From NCBI RefSeq assembly GCF_000973505.1, contig NZ_CP010048.1, positions 390,001 through 422,000 of the forward strand: a stretch of 32,000 nucleotides of DNA. The letters are read 5' to 3'. Every line of letters begins with the position of its first letter. The first letter of the stretch is position 1. The position numbers and the translations under genes are program-made. Origin of the DNA: Candidatus Saccharimonadota bacterium. Its GTDB lineage: Bacteria; Pseudomonadota; Gammaproteobacteria; Enterobacterales; Enterobacteriaceae. This document shows, one piece after another, positions 28,217-32,000 of the stretch. The notes beneath the pieces were generated by a model. That model did no database searches and was not told where the DNA came from. It was given only the letters and a program-made list of their open reading frames with translations.

Positions 28217-29128
28217 ACTATAAATACTATAATCAAATACTACAAAAATATACATAAATTTCAATAACTGCATTACTATCTATAACATAAAATGGCATAA
28301 ATATAATATAAATTATACATGATTTCAAAATAAAAAAATATATCGACTAACATTATAACAACACCACTATACTAGTTTATACATTTTAACAAATAAAATA
28401 TTCAAAACAAACAAAAATTTATAAAAACTATTTGTTATATTTTTTAATATATTTAATTGTTTAAACAAGTTAATTTACACATAATATATATCTATATCTA
28501 ATTACAGTTTATCAATATTTACTAAATAAATTATTAATAACCATCATCTACTATTACTTAATTAATAGCATCTAAAACTCAAAATCATTCGGGAAACTTT
28601 AACATATCATCAAAAAATATTTCATCTTATTAATATAAAAAATATAAAAAGTAATATGACTCTAATATAGAACAGTGAATACTTATTAATAATTAATAGC
28701 TATACAATATTGTGTATATCACCCATTCAGAGTGAATAAAAATATTTTTTTATATCATCGATAACATAATACATATTCTTGAAAAATATAATAATAAATA
28801 TAATATTATAAAGTACATTTAAAAAAATTATTATTAATAATCTAACTTAACCATCAATTATAGATATCAAAATCAATACTATTTTACATTAATTATTGAT
28901 TTTTTTAAAAAAATCACCATTATCATCTAAACATGCACCATTTTTAAAAAAATACTAATATTCTTACAAAACGACATGTATTCTATATTGAATTTACTAT
29001 CTTTTAAAAAACTAATACAAACTATACACAAAAATTATTTATGTGTTCTATCAATGATAGAATGATATTTTTAAGTAAAAAATTAAAAACAATAACAGTT
29101 GCAGTATTGTTTAAAACAAAAAAAGATA

Positions 29129-29156
29129 TTGATTAAAAATATTTATAATTTATAAT
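29129..29156 (+). promoter_or_regulatory. Candidate sigma70 promoter upstream of grxD: TTGATT, 16-nt spacer, TATAAT
   Basis: TTGATT is at 29129-29134 and TATAAT at 29151-29156, about 72 nt upstream of the grxD ATG. The chance expectation for such a match is high in DNA this AT-rich. Confidence 0.3.
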
Positions 29157-29228
29157 GCTAATGTTAGTTGGTAGTATTGATGATACCTAAATATAAATTT
29201 CAAAAAAAATCTATAAATAACCGTAAAT

Positions 29229-29588
29229 ATGATAATCAAGAATATAAAAAAACAAATATCGAAAAACCCTATACTTTTGTATATGAAAGGTTCACCTAAC
29301 CTACCGAATTGTGGTTTTTCCTCACAAGCAGTAAAAATATTATTAAAGTGTAATACACCATTTTCCTACGTTGATGTTTTAGAGCACCCTGATATTCGAT
29401 TAGAATTACCAAAAATTTCACATTGGCCAACTTATCCTCAGTTATGGATAGATTCTGAACTCATTGGAGGATCTGATATTATGATGGAAATGTATAAAAA
29501 AGGTGAACTTCAGAACTTAATTAAAAGGATAAAGTTAAAATACAATTTAAAGACAAATAATTCGGATAATATAACTAAAGCATCTTAA
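29229..29588 (+). CDS. grxD: Monothiol glutaredoxin Grx4 (GrxD)
   Basis: I.K.I..NPILLYMKGSP.LP.CGFS.QAV, Y.D.L..PDIR.ELPK...WPT.PQLW.D.EL.GG.DI..EMY..GELQ.LIK is collinear with E. coli GrxD, including the CGFS active site. Confidence 0.94.
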   Translation: MIIKNIKKQISKNPILLYMKGSPNLPNCGFSSQAVKILLKCNTPFSYVDVLEHPDIRLELPKISHWPTYPQLWIDSELIGGSDIMMEMYKKGELQNLIKRIKLKYNLKTNNSDNITKAS

Positions 29589-30544
29589 AATATTTATCTT
29601 CTGTAATGCATTTTTAAATTTTAAAATGAAAGTTAACCGTCTATTTTTTTAAAAAAATTACTACGGTACAACGTTTGAATGATCAGATTATTATTAAAAT
29701 AATAATAACATTTAAAAGCTTAAAAACGATTCAGGACAACTGTTAAATTTTTCAACATGTTACCATTTCTTAAAAAAATATTTTTTAAATCACTCCAAGA
29801 CCAAATTAACTTTTAAATGTAACCATCGTAAAACACACTTAAACATTTCCCATCTATAAATATTTCTCATTCTTATAAGACCTTTGTCCATTGACATACT
29901 CGAAATACATTTATACTGATATTCCGACTTTGATATCATAAAAAAATACATAAACTAATACAACACCAAAATATGGATTCTTTCTAAATTATATCAAAAA
30001 TTTTAAAATATTAAAATACGTTTTTATTATTCATTATCTCATTCAGTATACACAATAAAAACATTCGATATACTGATCAAATATGGTATAATCACATTGC
30101 ATATATTTAATATACAACTAATTATTTTAATAATATAATTCATTTAAAATAAATGTTTCATTTATATCAAAATAAGTTATATACATGCTAATAAATATAT
30201 GATAATATTATAAACTAATGTATTTTAATTTTATACGACAAGAATTTTAAAAATATAAAAATTATATACTAATATATAAAACATTAACTATGATTATAAT
30301 GATACATAAATAAAATATCAAAACTATACAATATAATATATAGTAATTCACTTAAACAAACGATATACAATATTCAAAATATTTTAATATTATTAGAGAA
30401 TATATGCTGTTTTTATTAATCTAAATCTCAACACACTGGATTAATAAAAATTTCATAATTTGATAATTTTCTCATCCACCCATTAGGATGGATAGTAAAT
30501 CGAGAAAATACTCACTTAACTACCCCAACTATAAGGAGAGAAAA

Positions 30545-30976
30545 TTGGAAACACCACTGGGATCAGATTTAGCACGTTTAGTACGAATATGGCGAGCATT
30601 GATTGATCATCGACTCAAACCATTAGAACTCACACAAACACATTGGATTACATTACATAATATTTGTCAATTACCACCTGAACAATCACAAATTCAATTA
30701 GCAAAAGCTATAGGAATAGAACAACCATCTTTAGTACGTACATTAGATCAACTTGAAGAAAAAAAACTGATAACACGACACACTTGTATCAATGACCGCC
30801 GTGCTAAAAGAATAAAATTAACAGAGCTTGCTTCACCAATTATAAGAAAAGTTAATGATGTTATCAACGGAACTAGAAACGAAATTCTATCTGGAATTAA
30901 AGAAGAAGATATAAGATTTTTAACAAAAATTATTTTAAAATTAGAAAAAAACATTATGAACCTTTATAATAGATGA
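30545..30976 (+). CDS. slyA: MarR-family transcriptional regulator SlyA. The probable start is the TTG at 30545, behind AAGGAG. The longest ORF begins at the ATG at 30488.
   Basis: [87 protein letters not shown] is almost identical to E. coli SlyA, whose N-terminus is [20 protein letters not shown] at 30533-30538 lies 6 nt before the in-frame TTG. The ATG at 30488 has no properly spaced SD and would add 19 non-homologous residues. Confidence 0.9.
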   Translation: METPLGSDLARLVRIWRALIDHRLKPLELTQTHWITLHNICQLPPEQSQIQLAKAIGIEQPSLVRTLDQLEEKKLITRHTCINDRRAKRIKLTELASPIIRKVNDVINGTRNEILSGIKEEDIRFLTKIILKLEKNIMNLYNR

Positions 30977-31206
30977 TCAATTCCAGCTCTCTATAAATAT
31001 TTATGCCATAACAATCAATTATAACATACAAGTGTTGTTATAGCATGAATATTTTATATCGATTATACATTACACTTTCTTTACCATCCAAATAAAAATC
31101 AATGGTAAAAAATATTTTTTTATCAATATGATTAAAAATATCCACCAAAATTATTCAATTTTATTTAAACATAAATTATAGTAGAAAATAATCGGAATTA
31201 TTGATA

Positions 31207-31863
31207 ATGCACAAAAAAAAACAAACTGGAAATATCAAACAAATACGAAGAGAATATACACATAGCACACTATCTCAAAAAAATTTAACAAATGAACCGA
31301 TACAACTATTTAAAATATGGTTAAACCAAGCCTGTAAAAGCAAAATGCTTGATCCAACAGCAATGTGTTTAGCAACAATAGATGAATTAGGACAACCATG
31401 TCAACGATTAGTTTTACTTAAAACTATTAATAAAAACAAAATTATCTTCTATACAAACTTTAAAAGCAAAAAAGCTATGCATATTCAACATAATCCAAAA
31501 GTTAGTGTATGTTTTCCATGGACCACATTAGATAGACAAGTAATAATATCAGGATATGCCTCCAAACTACCAAAAAAAGATAACATCAAATATTTTTACA
31601 GTCGACCAAGACATAACCAAATCAGCACATGGGTCTCACACCAATCTGAAATAATAAACTCTAGAACAAGACTTACAAAAAGATTTTTATATTTTAAAAA
31701 GAAATTTTTAAACATTAAAGTACCTGTACCTAACTTTTGGGGGGGGTATCAAATCTATATTACTACTATGGAATTTTGGCAAGGTAGAGCACATAGATTA
31801 CATGATCGGTTTATTTATAAAAAAAAAGATAAAAAATGGCATATTGACCGATTATCACCTTAA
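31207..31863 (+). CDS. pdxH: Pyridoxamine/pyridoxine 5'-phosphate oxidase
   Basis: IRREYT...L, DPTAM.LAT.DE.GQP.QR.VLLK, FYTN..S.KA..I..NP.VS..FPW..L.RQV, YF.SRPR..QI..WVS.QS, VP.P.FWGG, EFWQG..HRLHDRF.Y and W.IDRL.P are collinear with E. coli PdxH. It is 218 aa from the ATG at 31207. Confidence 0.94.
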   Translation: MHKKKQTGNIKQIRREYTHSTLSQKNLTNEPIQLFKIWLNQACKSKMLDPTAMCLATIDELGQPCQRLVLLKTINKNKIIFYTNFKSKKAMHIQHNPKVSVCFPWTTLDRQVIISGYASKLPKKDNIKYFYSRPRHNQISTWVSHQSEIINSRTRLTKRFLYFKKKFLNIKVPVPNFWGGYQIYITTMEFWQGRAHRLHDRFIYKKKDKKWHIDRLSP

Positions 31864-31969
31864 TACTTATAAAATTACAATTTGAATCAACTATGAAAAT
31901 TTAAAAATAACAAGTAGTATATAATGTAACAAATTGAGTTGCAAACAACAACACAATGAGAACATACTA

Positions 31970-32000
31970 ATGAACAAATACAACCTGATCATCGATCTTC
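31970..32000 (+). CDS. tyrS: Probable 5' end of tyrosine--tRNA ligase (first 10 codons only, truncated by the window edge)
   Basis: ATG AAC AAA TAC AAC CTG ATC ATC GAT CTT gives MNKYNLIIDL, compared with the E. coli TyrS N-terminus MASSNLIKQL. tyrS follows pdxH in E. coli. The fragment is too short to be certain. Confidence 0.4.
   Translation, partial: MNKYNLIIDL

Noticed and set aside
28170-30487. A search of the two long spacers for known structured RNAs (RNase P RNA, tmRNA, 4.5S, 6S) or additional tRNAs
   Set aside because: I found no GC islands and none of the conserved cores, such as GAGGAAAGUCC of RNase P RNA, the tmRNA tRNA-like ends, or the 4.5S GGAA hairpin. The only tRNA-like GC island is the tRNA-Val at 28096-28169.
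30488-30544. An ATG-initiated 19-residue extension of slyA
   Set aside because: It has no homology to the SlyA N-terminus and no properly spaced SD. The strong AAGGAG followed 6 nt later by an in-frame TTG sits exactly at the homologous N-terminus.
1681-30954. Short ORFs from the six-frame track that lie antisense to, or out of frame within, well-supported genes: 1681-1884, 7955-8143, 10864-11154, 14201-14413, 19354-19536, 19564-19749, 20826-21032, 21035-21250, 23107-23331, 23299-23505, 23984-24193, 24197-24496, 25637-25822, 27632-27817 and 30748-30954.
   Set aside because: Each is embedded in a gene with strong collinear homology on the other strand or frame. None resembles a protein I recognise. 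None has a convincing SD or start context. Their amino-acid composition looks like the mirror image of the real gene's codons.
30977-31206. Imperfect inverted repeats after slyA (ATGCCATAACAA 31003-31014 with TTGTTATAGCAT 31035-31046, and TTACCAT / ATGGTAA near 31083-31110) as possible terminators
   Set aside because: The first has a mismatched stem and a 20-nt loop, and the second a 14-nt loop. Both are AT-rich and short, and indistinguishable from chance without folding energies or conservation data.
1-32000. Defence systems, toxin-antitoxin pairs, secretion systems, prophage or IS elements, and biosynthetic clusters
   Set aside because: Every ORF longer than about 100 codons is accounted for by a conserved housekeeping gene in E. 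coli-like order. No transposase, integrase, nuclease/helicase pair or orphan multi-gene cassette is present.

Overview
This window is a strongly AT-rich, gene-dense stretch (roughly 25-30% GC by eye, not computed). It looks like a reduced Enterobacterales-derived genome of the insect-endosymbiont type, Blochmannia- or Wigglesworthia-like; I cannot fix the taxon without a database search. I can support 33 housekeeping CDS and one tRNA, arranged as blocks that each match E. coli K-12 gene order as I recall it: tolA-tolB-pal-cpoB | gpmA, pgl, ybhL | ychF-pth-prs-lolB | lplA | pheT-pheS-rplT-rpmI-infC-thrS | kdsA-prmC-prfA | sufABCDSE, lpp, tRNA-Val(GAC), grxD, slyA, pdxH and the first codons of tyrS. 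I found no mobile elements, CRISPR arrays, phage genes, toxin-antitoxin or defence systems, and no candidate for a wholly new multi-gene system. The points worth a second look are signatures of genome erosion and recoding. (1) pth is broken at an A11 tract, the longest homopolymer in the window, and its conserved C-terminus continues in the -1 frame. (2) thrS encodes only the catalytic and anticodon-binding core; the N-terminal TGS and editing domains are gone. (3) tolA carries four perfect 81-bp tandem repeats. (4) The conserved N-terminus of infC extends 23 codons upstream of the first canonical start, to an AUC codon behind a strong Shine-Dalgarno. (5) G/C homopolymers of 7-9 nt encode Gly-Gly motifs inside essential genes. 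(6) Two spacers of about 1 kb each flank grxD, extremely AT-rich and without recognisable genes. (7) A perfect 19-bp hairpin lies between the convergent sufE and lpp genes. All homology statements rest on my recollection of E. coli protein sequences and on synteny, not on a search.
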